This document shows, in pieces, positions 48,169-62,011 of a stretch of 64,000 nucleotides of DNA. Position 1 is the stretch's first letter. Each line of letters starts with the position of its first letter. The notes below the pieces were generated by a model. It was given only the letters and a program-made list of their open reading frames with translations, did not search any database and was not told the origin of the DNA. Source of the stretch: Curvularia clavata (lineage: Eukaryota); contig CP089278.1 of NCBI GenBank assembly GCA_023920165.1, positions 2,976,001 through 3,040,000 on the forward strand. The letters are read 5' to 3'. A program made the position numbers and the translations under genes.

Positions 48169-50535
48169 TCATGAATGGCCTTCATCCGCATTATGCCAGA
48201 CATGTGCATCCTCAGCCCCAGGAACAGGCCCTCCTGGTCCGGCAGCAGCAACAGCCGCTGCACCAGCACCCGCTTCGTAGCTGAAGAGAAAATAGAACAC
48301 CATGAAATGCAGCGCTAGCAGATACCCAGCAAACATGTTTCGACTCGTGCGCGTCTGCAGCACAAACTTGGTGACGCGTAATATCATGCGTTCGAAGAGG
48401 TGCATGCGCTTCATTGCTCGTGCGCTTTCCCTGCCCCGGAAGGCAGCAAAAGGACTCAGATTAGATTCGTATGCTGACCGGTATTTTGTGTCGACTGCTG
48501 AAGCGCCTCCGCCTCCAATGTTGATGGCTGAGGGGTTCGGGTTTGCGGCGAAGCTCGAGGCGCTCGAGGCAGGGCCCCGGTTGACTGCATTGTAACTACT
48601 CACATACCTGGTCTTTTCGTATAAGTCCAGGTTGTCTTTCTGCAGTGCACCAACCTCACTTCGGAGAGAGGATATGGTCTGGTACGACTTTTGCAGCTCA
48701 GCCTCGAGCTCAGAGTTGCGCTTCTTGAAGCGATCACGCTGTGCAGTCACCATGGGAAGGATGCCTGAGCCTCCTACTTCACCGCCACCTCCGGCGCGAA
48801 GAGATGCAAGCGTAGGGGCTTGCGACGAATTATCGAAACCTGAGATGATCGATGAGGTGGGCGATGAGCGACCTTTTCGGCCGCCATAGGACGACTGTGG
48901 GAATCGTGAGACATATGTGCCTGCGACCGACATGCCTGAGGGGTCAAAGGCATTTGTAGCTTCTTGCTGGATCTTTTCAAGGTCAGCCTCCAGAGTCTCG
49001 TTGAGTTGTCGGGACTTTTCCAGTTCCATGTTTGTATTTGACAGCTCCTCTTGAAGTGTTTCCAGTCTGCTTTGGAGGTCTTGGTGTGATACGCGCATGA
49101 CTGTGAGCTCATTACTGAGCTTCTTGTTGCGAGCAAGCAGGAGCTGTTCCAGTGTCTCTCCCTTGCCTTTGCCAGAGGCACCGTTTTGTGAGAGCGCAAT
49201 CTCGGTGGCCTCGTCGTCGTCGTCACCAGTCGCAAACTCGATTGACTAGTACTGGTCAGCATAATCCATTACTTTGCTTATTAGAAGACATACCTTCAAG
49301 ACCTCGAGTTCCTGCTTGACATTCTCATAGTCACTCCACTTCTGGACCTTCTCGCGAAGCGCTTCCTTTTCGCTCTTTAGAGATTTGATCTCTCGTTCCA
49401 AGGCCCGCATCTCAGTTTCCAGGCGTGTTCGATCTGAGTCCTTCTCAAAACGCGCATTTTCAAGCTTTCGTAGGAGCGACGAGTTCTCAGATCGCAAGCG
49501 TAGAAAGGCAGCATCGTCTTCAATTGCGACTTGCTGAGCCGGTGCAGATGCAGATTGGGCCAGTTCCAGACGCAATTGCTCATTTCTTGCTGTAATCTCA
49601 GCCAATCGATGGCTTGTTCGCTCCAGCTCTGAGCTGACGATTTCGAGCTCAGCAGCTGTGGCGCCGCGGCCTTCTTCTTCGGCTGCCTCTCCCTGGCCAA
49701 GCCGCTGTGAAACTTCGTAGCTAGCCTTGAGCTCTTTCAACAACCGATCCTGGTTCTCGACCTTCTCTTCTAGAGCCTTCTCTTTGGACTCCCAATTATC
49801 CTGTTTCTCGCTCAAGACAGCTGACCATGACGCCTCGACCTCCTTGATCTTGCTGTCACGGCTATCCTCAAGAGCTTTGCGTGCGTTGCGTTCCTCTTCC
49901 AATTTCTTGTCTGACTCATCGAGTTGTGTTGTGAGTCTAGCGACTGTCTTTTGCAGGCGCTCGTTTTCCGAGGTAAGCTTTGGTACCAGCTCCTCAGAGG
50001 CCACGAGGGAGTCGACGGAAGCTTCGAGCAGAGGATATGGGTCGGGTGCCTCGGAAAGCGGCGAGTAGACTTGGAAGAAAGCGGCCTGTACAGTCTTGGA
50101 CTGGTTGGATATAAGATCAATGAAGTTTTGGTAAGCTGTCAACTTGGCTTAGCAGACAAGTCAATCCAGATGCGCCAGCAGGTGCTTACACTTCAGAAGC
50201 CCTTTGATATCGCTGAGCTTGCTGGCATCGTCTAATTTCCTAAAATCCTTAGTCTTCTGAGCGAGATCTTTTCTCTGTGTGAGTGTGTCTCTCTGGTGCG
50301 CAACAAGGTCCGAGGCGACAGTATCAAGCTGTGGGATGAGGGTAGTGAGGTCGATATCTGGCGCGCCGTCAGTCTATGCATATCGATGACAATCCTAGCA
50401 TTGCCTACTTCTCCATGCGCCAATGGCTTTCTGGAATTTATTGCCTTCCTCGGGAGCCTGGTCAGCTGCATGCGCTTGCTCGGTGGTGGTTGGAGGAGCC
50501 GCGACAGTGCCCTCCATGTCGATGCCGCCCTCCAT
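48169..50535 (-). CDS. COY1: Golgin CASP/Coy1. Exons 50535-50409, 50357-50190, 50135-49294, 49245-48169
   Basis: NKFQKAIGAWR, RKDLAQKTKDFR, LSEAPDPYPLL, long coiled coils, ILPMVTAQRDRF, DNLDLYEKTRY, LSPFAAFRGRE, TM with conserved His (YLLALHFMVF). Confidence 0.93.
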
Positions 50536-50819
50536 GGTAGCGCTCCAGGCGTGGATGCGGGCTGGGAGAGATGTGTAGCTAGCGGGTTGCAGCGCTGGAT
50601 CGTCGTGACGGCGCGTTGGGGCTCACAGCGTAGATGTGGTGGGTTACGTATGCAGCCAGCGTCCCATGAAACCACGGAGGGTGCGGAGTTAGGCGGCCCT
50701 AATTGGTGGGCTGGGGCTGCATAGCATCTCGCATGGTAGCTCGCCAGGCACCACCAGACACACGCTCACCACCATGGCAATGCAATAGCCGGTCATGGCG
50801 CATGTGATGCTTCAACACC

Positions 50820-53800
50820 ATGGCAGGAGTATCTTCTCAGTCGCAGCTGGCCGGGCGACGTCCCCCGCAACACGGTCCCTATATCCTCCGCAAGCTTGTC
50901 GCCAACCTACCGCTGGCCGCTGATGGCGCCTCCGACAATGTCCGCATTACCTGCGTAGAAGTATCGAGTGTGTATCTCTCATTCTGTCAGCCTGTTTTAT
51001 TGGGTGCTGACATGTGTAGATGGCAATCTCTATGTCGGGACTTCGGCCGCCGAGATCCTTCACTTTGTCCTTCTACCGCCCGAGTCCGACGACCCTTCTG
51101 AAGAGCCTACAGCCATTATCGCCTCAAGGCTAGAACCCCCACACAATGATGCCAATGGTCCTGGTGTACAGCAGATCCTACTACTTCCCAGCATCAACAA
51201 GGCCTGCGTGCTCTGCAACAACACCCTCTCGCTGTACTCTCTTCCCGAGTTGAGCCCAGACTCGACTTTTAAACCAATAGGATGCCTTTGGGTCGGTGGT
51301 GTGGATCTAAATCAAGATGTGGATGCGTCGCCTGAAGACGGTGTTGTTGTTATCATTGGCCTGAAGAAGCGACTGCGATTGGTGCAGATATCCGAGAACT
51401 CGCCTCCAAAAGCTATCAAAGCAATTGAATATGGTGGATGCTTGGTTTCAGTACGACGCGACACTTTCTCGTGTGCTGCCGATGCCCATTCATATGCGCT
51501 TCTGGATGTGGTGCACCAGCAGAAGATTGGGCTTTTCCCCATATCTTCTTTGGATCCAGATGCTGGTGACATAGGTGGAGCTGCTGAACATCTGGCTACC
51601 GTACCAAATGCACCTTCGAGGAGTGTATCTTCGGCGAGCCCACATCCACGTCCGGAAGATCAGCGTGGTCATGCGAGAAGCACCAGTTTGAATGTTTTGG
51701 GCTTGGGAAGCCCCGCCTCTCGTGCTGCGAGCCCACGTCCGTTGCAGCGATATGGCTTCGACGTGCCCGAATCATTATCTCGCGATATATCGCCAGCTCC
51801 AACAAGATCTTCAACTCAACCGCAGCCAACAGGAGAGGGGTCAGACAGAGCGTCTAGTCACCCCCGTGGCGGCGCAATCTCACCCGACAAGCCCCTACCT
51901 GCTCCTCCTTCAGTTGATCCTGGGTTACATGAGGACCCACCACTACCAGAACCACCACGTTTCATCCCACTGAAGCCTCATGTTGCATCGCCGAATCCAA
52001 ACGAGTTTCTGCTCACCGTAGGCACTACGCCTTCTGACCAAGGTGTTGGTATGTTTGTGAATCTTGATGGAGATATGTGTCGTGGAAGCATTCAGTTCAG
52101 CAGCTACCCTGATGCCATTGCCGTAGACGGTTCAGGAATGGATATGTCGGTGTCTATGACTGCGGACATGAATGCCGACGAGGGCTATGTATTAGCTGTT
52201 GTCCATCGGGAGCATGAGGGCATCATGGCCTACGGCGTTGAAATTCAGCGATGGGACGTGGACCCAAGTGCTGGGGAAGTTGAGAAACACTGGCTCGACT
52301 TCAGCCAACTGGGCCTTCAGGTCGATAGCAGCGGCTGCTACATTTCAGCCCCGATCGGTATGCGTACTGTGGTTCATCCCTACGACTTGGCCATCCCAGA
52401 AGTAGGCGCAAAGCTTACAGTGCAGCCACTGAGACTTAAGTCGTCTGAGAATGCTTCGCAAGAAACGGCTGAAAGACAGAAAACTCAAGCAAAAGCTGAT
52501 CGAGACTTTGTTGAGCGACTGTCCAAGCTGCAGTCGCAGACCATTGTCTGGGCTGGAGATCAGATTTGGTGGACCGTACGCAACCCGTTAGTGACTCGTT
52601 TAGATGCTCGGATAGAAGAGGCTCAGTACGCCGTACAAGGAGACAAGACACGCATACAACCAAACCGAGCATTGCTGGAGACTATACTTGGCGATATACG
52701 AGGACAAGAGCCACGCAATGAGTCCGAGTATCTCAGTCTCATCTACATCCGCCAGAAGGCCTCGCTCATGCTTTTCATGGACGTAGTCTTACGCACTAAG
52801 ACCAACATTATCATATTTGAGAACGAGAAGCGCATCACCGAGCAAGCTCTCATTGAGGGTGAGATGGATCCTCGAGCTGTTCTGAGTCTCATGCCCATCC
52901 TCAACAAGGAAGTGGTCCAAGGCCCCGACGGTATACAGATATATGGCGGGATCACAACCCTGGTAGAGCAATTCCTGCAACAGATTGACTTTTCAGCCAT
53001 GTCGACTAATGTCAATGGGCCATTCGGAGACAATCTGCTCCATTTCGTAAAGCGCTATCTTCAGTTCTGGAAGAGGCGAAAAGGCATGGCAAGCGTAACG
53101 AATGACCCGTATGTGTTCAAAACTATTGACGCAGCACTGCTACATATCCTTCTGCTTCTGGATCAAGGAACCCCAACAGGAACTTCAAGCCCAGGATCCA
53201 ATCGGGCCGAGCTTTATGAACTTGTCGATAGAGAAGTAGAGTGTTTCGATAGGGCTGTCGAACTGCTCGAGCAATTCAAGCGTCTCTTTGTATTGAGCCG
53301 ATTATACCAGGGCAATTGCAAGGCTTCTGTCAAAGCTTCCAAGGTGCTCGCAACTTGGAGACGGATCGTCGAAGGCGAAGAAGACAGGGGCGGCGAACTT
53401 GCAGACGGTGAACTTAAAGTGCGAGAATATCTGGGCAAGATCCGAGACCAGTCACTGGTGGAAGAACATGGCGCATGGCTTGCAAACCGGAATCCCAAGC
53501 TCGGCGTTCAGGTCTTTGCAGATGACCAGAGTAGGGTCAAGTTTGATCCTGCGCGGGCGGTTGCTTTGCTGAGAGAGAAGGCACCAGGTGCTGTCAAAGA
53601 TTACCTGGAATATCTCGTGTTCGGAAGTAAGAAGGTATGTTGGTGCATCAGTCCTTGCTGATATTCATATTGACATTGTATACAGCATCCGCAATACGTG
53701 AATGAACTGATAGCCTTCTATCTCGACACGGTCATCACCGAGCTCGAGAGCAACTCTGAATCGCGCGCCACATTGTCGCAAAGTTATGAGACATATCGCA

Positions 53801-54471
53801 TTCTTGAGCCACCCAAGCCTACCTATTACTCGTTCATAAGCGACAATTCTCTTGATGTGGAGTGGTGGCAGGCTAGGCTCCGCTTGCTCCAGCTACTTGG
53901 GGAAACATCATCGTATGACGTCGATGCAGTTTTATCGCGTCTGCAGCCCTATGAGCAAGAGCTTGTCTCCGAGATGATCATCTTGAACGGTCGACAGGAA
54001 AGACACGAAGAAGCATTGAAGCTGCTTACACACGGTCTCGGTGACTACAACACCGCGATTAACTACTGTCTCTATGGCTACGCATCCATTCACCGCCCCG
54101 TAACAACAGGCGGACCCCCTGTTTCGCACAAGCAGATGCCCACCCGCGCAGAACAATCTCGACTATTCGGATTTCTCCTGCAGGAATTTCTGGAGATAGG
54201 GGATCTCTCTCAGCGAGTCGAACGTACAAGTGAACTTCTTGAACGCTTCGGCGGCTGGCTTGATGTTGCTGATGTGTTGGCGATTGTGCCAGTCGAATGG
54301 TCTGTGGATGCGTTTTCTGGATTCTTGATACAGGCTCTACGAAAACTGGTTAGAGACAGAGCAGAGAGCGATATTTTGAGAGCACTCAGTGATGCTCAGA
54401 ATAGCCAGATGAGTAATGAGCTGGTGGAAAAGCGCGAGGAGCTAGGCCCTACATTTGAGAGGGTTGCCTAA
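50820..54471 (+). CDS. VPS3: Vps3/TGFBRAP1-like CORVET subunit (CNH + Vps39-type repeats). Exons 50820-50967, 51020-53634, 53686-54471
   Basis: ITCVE...NLYVGTS, EFLLTVGT...GMFVNLDGD..RGSIQF, YLEYLV, ALKLLTHGLGDYNTAINYC, IVPVEWSV. Confidence 0.85.
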
Positions 54472-54763
54472 GTCGAGGCATACACATTGGAGGCGTAACA
54501 TGGATTGGGGTATATATAGCGAATCTGAGCAATACTATATTTCTATAATCAATTGTTAGAATCTTTTTGCGCAGTAAAAGCTGGGTGGCATTCTGGACCA
54601 ATTGCTCCTGCCTAACCGTGATGGTCTTGGCGTTTGCGCACCCGAAGGCACAAGCAACACTCAATGTGAGCACTCACGCTTCCAACGCCGCGGCTAGGCC
54701 TGGATCGACCTTGCTCACCCCAATTGCAGTTTATCTATATCACTCCCGCTCGCCAACACCAAG

Positions 54764-55360
54764 ATGCAGCGCCGCATGGTAAGCAGCATAATTTTCACCT
54801 CGTGTTCAGCGGCAACACGCTAACGAGGCGGGCAGCTCACCAAAGACGAAGAGGCCTCAGCGCAGACTGAGGATCTTGAGGTGCGCCGTGAGGACCAAGA
54901 GAAGATCAATCGATTCAGTTCTCTGCACCAAAAAGAGGAGATTCTCGAAGAAGAGCTGCGAGCCAAGATTGTACGTTTGCAGGTCACCTGACTACGAATT
55001 TTACTCCGACTAACTAGTGGGTGCAGAAGGAGAAGGAGGATCTCGAGGAAATCTCCGGTGAGCTGGAGCTCGTGGATGAGGAGGAGAAAGTACCGTGAGT
55101 AGCTCTTCTCACTTTTTCTCCTATTGAGAACTGGGTGAGGTAGACATGCTGACGCATTTGCAAACAGGTACAAAGTTGGTGACTGCTTTGTCTCATTACC
55201 ACAGCCACAGGTTCTCGAGCTGCTAGGATCATCGACAGAGGCTATTGAAGGTGAGGTTGATGCGTTGAAGACCAAGCTGGAAGCAATTCAGGAGGAGATG
55301 GGGGAGCTGAAGAAGGTGCTGTATGGACGCTTTGGTCGCAGTATTAACCTCGAGACGTAA
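54764..55360 (+). CDS. GIM3: Prefoldin subunit 4. Exons 54764-54778, 54836-54970, 55027-55094, 55168-55360
   Basis: EVRREDQEKINRFSSLH, ELELVDEEEKVPYKVGDCF, LKKVLYGRFGRSINLET. Confidence 0.93.
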
Positions 55361-56095
55361 ATGGTTGCGTTGCGAGTAATTGGTGTGAGGCTTTGCAGTA
55401 TGAATGAAAAAGAAGAGGGAATACACATCTTGGAGCATTCTTGATTATTACACCGAGTCTAAAACTGGTACTCACTCTGGGCTGGGTGTCATCAGAATGG
55501 AATCATGTGCAATATTATGCCTATGATAGGTGATTTTGAACTTGTCACAAAGCCATAAGTTCACCTGTCTCTTTTCGCAGTGTGTTCATCTTTTTTATCT
55601 TAGAAAAACAGCATTTCCATCAACACCGTGGTTGGGAGCTGGAGGAGAAAGAAGTAGATGTAGAGCCTGGTGAGGTTAAGAGGACGTGTAATTGGTTCTT
55701 TTTGAATGCCCCAACCCGCTCCTCCGCGATTACCTAGCGGACGGTTCTGCATGTACTGCGTTCTGAGATATTGGCAATTTACACGATACCAAAAGCAAGA
55801 TAATTGAACCTGGTTAATTCAAGTAGAGACTAGTAAACTCAGTCGTACAGCGAGAACCTAGGGCGATGTATCAAACACAAACAAGGACGCAATACTCTTT
55901 GTTAGAATGCTAACAGGAGCAAAAGAATCTACATCGAAAGAACCTCCAAGGAGTATTGCCCCGTCAGGACAATGGTGGGGTTCGTATAGCAAGCGGGGTA
56001 GCATCCCTATGCGAGCTGATAACGTCACTTATGAACCTACAGCGGTTCTGCCTTGAACTCTATTCCTCAATATCACTTCCCTCCGGACAGCAAAC

Positions 56096-57118
56096 ATGCA
56101 GCGGAGCCGCTTCGAACATCAACCAGACAAAGGCGGCGTAAAAGGCAGTGCAAAAGCCCTTGTGCAACTGCCGTTTGCGCAACCAGCAGCTAAACAAACA
56201 CCAAATGAGTCGCCAACCTCCAGCATTACTTCCTCGAGTAAAGACCCTTACACAGCGGCACGAGAAGCCCTGGATCGTGATGGCTTCGTCGTCCTCTCCG
56301 CCTCTCTCTTCCCCTCGTTCGACCTGGACTCCCTCCGTGCCGCCGCGTCACGCATAACAGACGCCGCGCGGAAAGGGAAATGGCCATACATACGCACTTT
56401 ACCCAAGCAATTCCCTCCTTGGCCCCAAGACCCTTCGCAAGGTATATGGGGCGTACAGCACCTACTCCACCCCTCCAACCCCGATCATCTCATCTTTGCC
56501 AAATCCTATTTCGACAGCGAGCTGCTAAAGTATGCGGCTGCGCTGATTGGATGCGGCCAAGAAGATTTGACCATGGAGTTGTACAACATGCTCGTGCGAC
56601 CAGATAAAGAGTTTAGTCTGCGCTGGCATCGAGACGACATTGCCGCTACAGCCACTGCTGAAGAAGAGTTAGAGCGGCTCCAGAAACCAGGCCACCATGC
56701 GCAGTGGAATCTTGCCCTCTATGACGATAGCAGCCTGGTACTTATTCCTGGGTCGCACAAGCGTGCAAGGACCGAGGCGGAGCGCAATGCGGATCCGTAT
56801 GAGGCGCATTTGTCAGGCCAGATTACGGTCAAGTTGAAGGCGGGCGAAGTGGCGTTTTACAATAACAATATCTTACATAGGGGAGTATATGACTGTACCA
56901 AGGAGAGGATGACGTTGCATGGGAGTATTGGGACTACGTTGTCTGGGAGCCAGCGAGCGAGGAACGTGCTACAGCATGGCGTGGGAGAATGGGCAAAGGA
57001 ATACAATTTCGACGACTTTGAACCTGAGATGGCTGAGCGGGCGAAGAGGATGCGGGAGAGGCTGGTGGAAATGGGGGAGAAGAGCGGGGATGTTGGGTTC
57101 TTCTCAAAAGATGAATAA
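56096..57118 (+). CDS. Phytanoyl-CoA dioxygenase (PhyH)-family Fe(II)/2-oxoglutarate oxygenase
   Basis: LDRDGFVVL, WHRD (HxD), LIPGSHK, distal His in ILHRG, R in ERMTLH; start codon uncertain. Confidence 0.85.
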   Translation: MQRSRFEHQPDKGGVKGSAKALVQLPFAQPAAKQTPNESPTSSITSSSKDPYTAAREALDRDGFVVLSASLFPSFDLDSLRAAASRITDAARKGKWPYIRTLPKQFPPWPQDPSQGIWGVQHLLHPSNPDHLIFAKSYFDSELLKYAAALIGCGQEDLTMELYNMLVRPDKEFSLRWHRDDIAATATAEEELERLQKPGHHAQWNLALYDDSSLVLIPGSHKRARTEAERNADPYEAHLSGQITVKLKAGEVAFYNNNILHRGVYDCTKERMTLHGSIGTTLSGSQRARNVLQHGVGEWAKEYNFDDFEPEMAERAKRMRERLVEMGEKSGDVGFFSKDE

Positions 57119-57515
57119 TTCAACATGAATGTCTTGTTCGGTTGGATGATTCTTTGTGGCCTTCCATGGTAGGATACGTCAATATTCACATCACAAACCC
57201 ACCAGAAACCACGCAATTGGTCATCTTTGTTTCGGATATCTTTTTTCATTCAGTACGTAAAACGACACATCCCATGGACTTTGTCCCAGGTTTGCTGTGC
57301 GAACCCAGGGCGCCCATTTTCCTCTGATTTATCATGTTTCCCGCTATGATGAAGCCCAATTGTGTAGTTGACTCATTTCATTTCGTTCAAGACGCCCGAT
57401 TGGTGGAGAAAAAAAAGAGGAAGGCCGTTTTGAGAAAAACTGAAAAATGGGATGTATCCGAGTCTCGCGTTTTGAAAGGGATTTCTGGAAAGGAAATGTC
57501 CGTGAAAACGTGAGT

Positions 57516-58071
57516 TTACTCGGCGTCGCCGATCGCTCGGGCTGGATTACGTGTTAGTTTGTGTTGCGGATTGTTCCTCTCATCTTCGCTGTACGTACTG
57601 TAGATGCTGAGCTTAGAGTGTCCGACAACCTTCTTGATCTGACCGTTGGCCTCGAGGTCAGCGAGCGCTTTCCTTGCGAGCGAGCCGTTGATCTTCAGAC
57701 GATCGACGAGAGTGGCAACGGTGATGAGGCGGTAGGACTGGACATCCTTCTGGAGCTTGTCGTTGGTGGTCTTGTCGAGAACGACGGCGTGCTGGGCCTT
57801 GTCCTTGACTGTGGTATTGTCAGTGGCGTCCTGAGTGCGTGCGAGAACCGAATGTAATAGGCGTTTTAGAGGAGTTCGAACGTGTAGGGCTCTTGATGTG
57901 CGTATAGAGGTGCTGATGGTGTGGTGTGTGTAAAGGTGCTGTATCACGTACCCTTGCCCTTGGACCACTTCTTCTTCTGCTTCTTGCCTCCAGTTGCTGC
58001 AGGTGCCTTGGTAATAGTCAGCGCCTTTTCTTTCTATCTCTGCAGCAGGTGCTGCATTTGTCACATACCAT
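57516..58071 (-). CDS. RPS25: 40S ribosomal protein S25 (eS25). Exons 58071-58069 (ATG only), 58006-57952, 57808-57599, 57541-57516
   Basis: [32 protein letters not shown]...LVDRLKINGSLARKAL...IYTRAIGDAE. Confidence 0.96.
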
Positions 58072-59653
58072 TTTGTCGATGTGTGTGGTTGCTGAGAAGT
58101 GACGGGCGGGAGAGCGAAATAGGGTAATGGAAGTGTGGCAGCCCCGGCCGGCTAAGCGAGTGGGTTTGCCAAGATCGTCACATCACGTGATATGATGCCT
58201 CGAAATAGTAGAAGTATGCACTCACCAAGTCTGCCTTTACCTTCGAGATGTATCTGTTTCTGCCTTATGTATATCAGAGCTGAAAGACGCATTCAATCAG
58301 TTTACGTATTTCATCACATGATTTCATTCGGCTGTGGAGGTTTTGACTGAGAGTTGTGTGCCGCGTTGACGGGGCGGGCTAATCGAGCATCCTCACCTCT
58401 GATGCGCTCATCGTGAGTTGCAATAGCCATGCTATGTCTACGGCAAATTCATGATATCTCAGGGTGGCAATATTACCATCTTAAACCCCAAGACCCCATC
58501 TACCACGTGTGACAAATAACACCAATCAACATCTCTTCAGCAACGTCCACACTATCCATTTACGGATGCCTCCTATATCTCCCCCTTGAATCCCTTGGCA
58601 CGGCTGTTGGAGCACCCGTAGGTCGTATTCCGCAAGCGATGATCATGCGAGTGCTTTTAGGTTCGCGGACATAATGCCACATACGACATTTTCGATGAAA
58701 CGCCAGCCTAGCGCCTATATCACCCATCGTTTTCTCTGAACCCCCACGCATGGCGGTATTGAGATGCTTGAATGGGAAGGTGTGGTTCGCGTGATCGAAA
58801 ACGTTTTTTGCGGGGCTATATTGATAGGTTGTGGGGTTATCGGGTTCATGTGGCGGATACAGAGAGTGCCAGGTGTGTGTGTGTTTGGGCGAGCTGCTCC
58901 GGGCTGTACAAGGTATACCTGGGAGAGCGCCATCGACTGCTAACAGCCGTGACTTTGTGCGCAGGTCCCATCATCGATCGGCTATGACCAACACCCCAAG
59001 GATACAGGGGCTTGGGGTCTTACGCGTATAGTACTAAGTTTAGTAGAAACAAGATATACAAATGGATATTGACACACGGCAAATACGAATCACTCAACTC
59101 CACTCAATGCTGAGAATACGAAGCAGAAGAATATTGACGCTCATCTTCCAATTACTGTAATTATACAGTTATTCGGCACAAGCCACTACCAAGGACCCTG
59201 ACGCCCCCAAGTACATCCCTCCCCTCCTTAGACAGTTTTCTCCACGATATATGCAGTGCAGAGACTACCCAACAATGACTGTAACTGAGACAAGGAGACT
59301 AATAAGAGAATGACAAGCCTGACGGTAAATGAAAAACGACGTCAATATACGACCGAGAACCACAGAAAGAGACAGAGGCAAGGGAAGGTGATTGCAGCTA
59401 AAACTTTGTCCTCCCCATCTTTTGTGTTTTGTTTTCCCTTGCCAATAGGCTTGCAGAAACCTCCTATGCAAGCAGAGCGGTCTTCCTCTACGTGATTGCA
59501 AATGCTCGCTAAGATGGAAGAACAAGTCCGTGGTAACCAGAACATGGAACAGAGCTGACAAGTGGTAAATGCTAGTGGCTCAAATCCACAGGTGCGACAA
59601 TGAGATGAATTCGCCAAGACGCCATGTCCAAATGATGGATGGATGCATAATCA

Positions 59654-62011
59654 TTAGAAGAAGTGGGTGTGTGGTTTCGAGAGCTCGTGAACCTCCATTT
59701 CCTGTTTGGATGGTTAATGTCGTTACTTTGAAATGACATAGATACAATACATACCATTTTGAAAGAGTTTAGTTCCTCCTTGATTTGCTGTGCAAGCATG
59801 GGTGTAAGCCTATTACACGTGGCAATGTCGCCTCTGCGGTCGTAATCCTGTGGCGACCAGGCGTCGTGAAACTGAATGCGGGGACTGAAGCTAATGTTGC
59901 GAATACCGTGGGGTGTAGTGGGAAGACTCATGGTGCTGCCGTTGTGGATGCGAGGTGGCTTCGTAAAGTAGTCATCGGTGCGGGCTTGACCGGCTTCTGT
60001 TTTTGGTGTTGCGGGAGAGCTGGATCGTGATGAATCTTCGGGTCTTATCACTGGGGAGCCAGACTCGGAGTTGGTGCCAGTGCCTGTGTGTTTTGTTAGC
60101 CGTTGCGCATCGTGGCGAGAAAATGGAGGGTGCCTACGTTTCAAAATGCCCTTCTTCATCGAGGAAAGAACCTCTGCACGGTCACGATCCGATCCAACAA
60201 TGCTCTTTCTCGGTGTTGTGTCGCTACCCGGAGCCGAAGGGTCGACAATTTCTGCGGTTTGTCCAGCATCAATCGAGTTGCGCTCCAATCTTGGGTAGCC
60301 TGTGCCTCCTCGAGTTTGCTCGTGTGGGTGGGCGTTGACATTGACCTTGTGTCTTTCGGCTTCGACAGTGACAAGCGACACTTGGCCAACACTTGGCTTG
60401 ATGGGGCCATCAGCAGCAGGGACACCAATAACTGATTTCGGTCTGAAGAGACCTTTTATAGATTTGGTACCCTTCTTCATTCCATGGCCCATTTTGCGAA
60501 GCATGACAGATGCAGAAGATGCAGCAGACTGTATAGACAAATTGTCTGTGGAGCCTATACCACCTTGGCCAGAGTAGATGCCAGCTCCAATACCCGCAGC
60601 CTCTTGCTTTGCAATAATGGCAGCTTGCTCAGCATCTTCGTCATTCTGATACTGACCCTTCCTCAACTTGGCGCGTTCGGCGGAGATATTATTCTCGGCA
60701 GAAGCACGTCGGAGCTCCGCGGCACTGCCGAAGGAGAATGCTCTGCGCAGACGCGATTTCATACCCTTGTCCTTGTCATTGACAGCACTAAGCTGCTGCA
60801 TCGCTGCACTAGATGCCGGCTCTGGCTTGGCTTGGGCCGGAGACTCTGACGGAGAGATGGGATGTGATAGAGGTGAGGGTGCTTGACGCCTGTTCGTCTC
60901 AGGTGCTTTGGCAGAATTGCCTCCTGCTACGGAGGCGTAGCTGCGTTGTGTATTCACAGCAGGCCGAGACTGTTATCGGATTAGTATGGAAATATCTCAG
61001 TACGTTGGCTAGACTCACCTGCGATCTTGAAGAATTGTTAGAAGATGCGCTACCGACGCTACCCTGCCGTTCGTGACTTCGGCTGGATGGTGGGCGACTG
61101 GCAGTGCGGCCGGAGCTCGAAGGTCTGGTAGCGCTTTGGCTTGGGACAGCGCTTTGGCCTGTAGCTGGGGTAACCTGTAGCGATGCTTTGCTCGGGGTGA
61201 TGTTGTCGCCTTCTAGTCCATTGAAACTGCGTCGTCTATAACGTTTAGCGGGATCCATACCGCCCGTGCGAGCGACTTGCGAATCATCGGCACTGTTGGC
61301 TCGGTTGTGAAGAGGTCTCGGTGGCTGCGGTGAAGCAGTGGCATCTGAGTTGGCATTTGGCGTGGTTGGTGAGGGTGCCGTTTGCGGATTTCCCTCAGAT
61401 GTGGAGCGCTGCGTTGGGGTAGTGGACCCTGTGGGCACGCTATTTGACGAATCTGACCTTCCAGGCGCACGTCGGTACCGGCCCGGTGAGGGCTTTACTG
61501 GCGACTCGCCGACCGAAAACGAAAGATCGAGATTGGTCGAGGACAGCGTGATTGACGGCGCAACGTTGTCAGCTAGCTTCTTGGCATCGCTCTCATCTTT
61601 GGCTGCTGCAGGCGGCCCGGCCAGGGAGCGATTGGACGACCCCGAAGTGGATACGGTGGAGTCGGAAGAAGAGGAAGGGTGCGAGGGGTGGCCGAGACGG
61701 GTCTGGCTGGCGGAGGTGGGAAGCTGCTGCTGGACCACCTGGGGGGAAGGCGCCGAGGTAGGCTTGTTCTCCTGGCGCAACTGGGGCGTGCTGCTAAAGG
61801 CATAGGGGGCTATGGGTGCGGCTGTTCCTCTGTAGCCTGTTGGTACAGAATTCGCGCTGTGCTGGGTGCGTGGCATCTGCGAAGGGCGCGATTGTGACTG
61901 CGTGGTGGCGGTGGAGGACTGGGCGGGCGTGTTTTTGTAAGCATCGGACGGCGAGTATGGCATTGTATGAGGTCCTGTCGTCTGGATGACTGACGTGAGT
62001 ACCTGAGCCAT
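59654..62011 (-). CDS. BNI4: Bni4-like PP1 (Glc7)-targeting protein. Exons 62011-61019, 60969-60138, 60083-59755, 59701-59654
   Basis: S/P/T-rich disordered body; KKGILK, RNISF/RIQF (RVxF-like), YDRRGDIATCNRLTPMLAQQIKEELNSFKMEMEVHELSKPHTHFF C-terminus. Confidence 0.88.

Noticed and set aside
57809..57951. Longer introns of RPS25 (143 nt) and MIS12 (23124-23281) as snoRNA hosts or stwintrons
   Set aside because: No C/D or H/ACA architecture and no nested splice signals recognisable
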